In this document: positions 63,511-64,000 of the stretch, piece after piece
How the letters are laid out: every line of letters begins with the position of its first letter
Position numbering within the stretch: the first letter of the stretch is position 1
Assembly: GCA_001643675.2 (NCBI GenBank)
Contig: LSRY02000008.1
Location: forward strand, 682,001-746,000
Reading direction: 5' to 3'
Source of the DNA: Monocercomonoides exilis PA203
Taxonomy: Eukaryota > Protista > Preaxostyla
DNA length: 64,000 bases
Translations under genes and position numbers: made by a program
The notes under the pieces: model-generated
The model's input: the letters and a program-made list of their open reading frames with translations, nothing else
Told to the model about the DNA's origin: nothing
Database searches by the model: none

Positions 63511-64000
63511 GCACATCCTGAGTCAAAAATAAGTAGCATAAATATTTATGATAAAATACATTCATGTTCTAATATATTTGTAAGATATTATTTGGCTTGT
63601 TCTTCCCTGTTTTCAAAATAACGAATAAACTGACTTTTTCAAATAAATTGTCTGAATATCGACTTTGGAGAGGATACAGATGAAAATATCTTCACAATCA
63701 AAAGAACAATAAAAAGCACATACACAACGTCTTTTGTGTTATGAATTAAATTGTTGGGTTTTTTTTGTCCATCCAATTACCAAAAATCAACTGACAGAAT
63801 TTAAATATTTGTGCACTGCCATCACTGCTTGATGTTGCCTCAAGAAATAATATTTCTAAATTCCGCAGTATGAATTCATTCGTCAACTTTCATTTTGCAA
63901 ATTGATATTCCAGTTCAAATAATGCTTTTCAATCATTGAATCCATAACAAATAAAATAAAAAGTCAAAACTTATCTTTTTTTTTGTAATTACTTGCCAAA

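Overview
AT-rich eukaryotic DNA with short GT-AG introns and the standard genetic code. The gene families and composition suggest an oxymonad such as Monocercomonoides (inference, not verified). The window is dominated by a five-member family of intronless genes made of exact 30-aa (90-bp) ankyrin-like Trp/Met-rich repeats: four intact members with 39, 22, 13 and 19 units, plus one collapsed pseudogene. Individual repeat units appear to be shuffled within and between paralogs. Other genes are a TMEM170-like gene, a divergent Cdt1-like gene, an importin-alpha-like ARM gene, two genes and one pseudogene of an expanded helical protein family, and many decayed fragments of GGA-motif/beta-helix surface-protein genes. 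Mobile DNA includes a degenerate DIRS-type tyrosine-recombinase retrotransposon (gag-RT-RNaseH-MT-YR, 30-bp ITRs), a nested MITE cluster at 18-24.5 kb and near-perfect palindromic foldback MITEs. The most unusual structure is a tandem pair of TIR-bounded 'Pack'-type elements (4.3 kb and 3.3 kb). They carry host gene fragments, are inserted precisely in an (AAT)n microsatellite, and possibly lie inside a single intron. No tRNA, rRNA or CRISPR array was seen.
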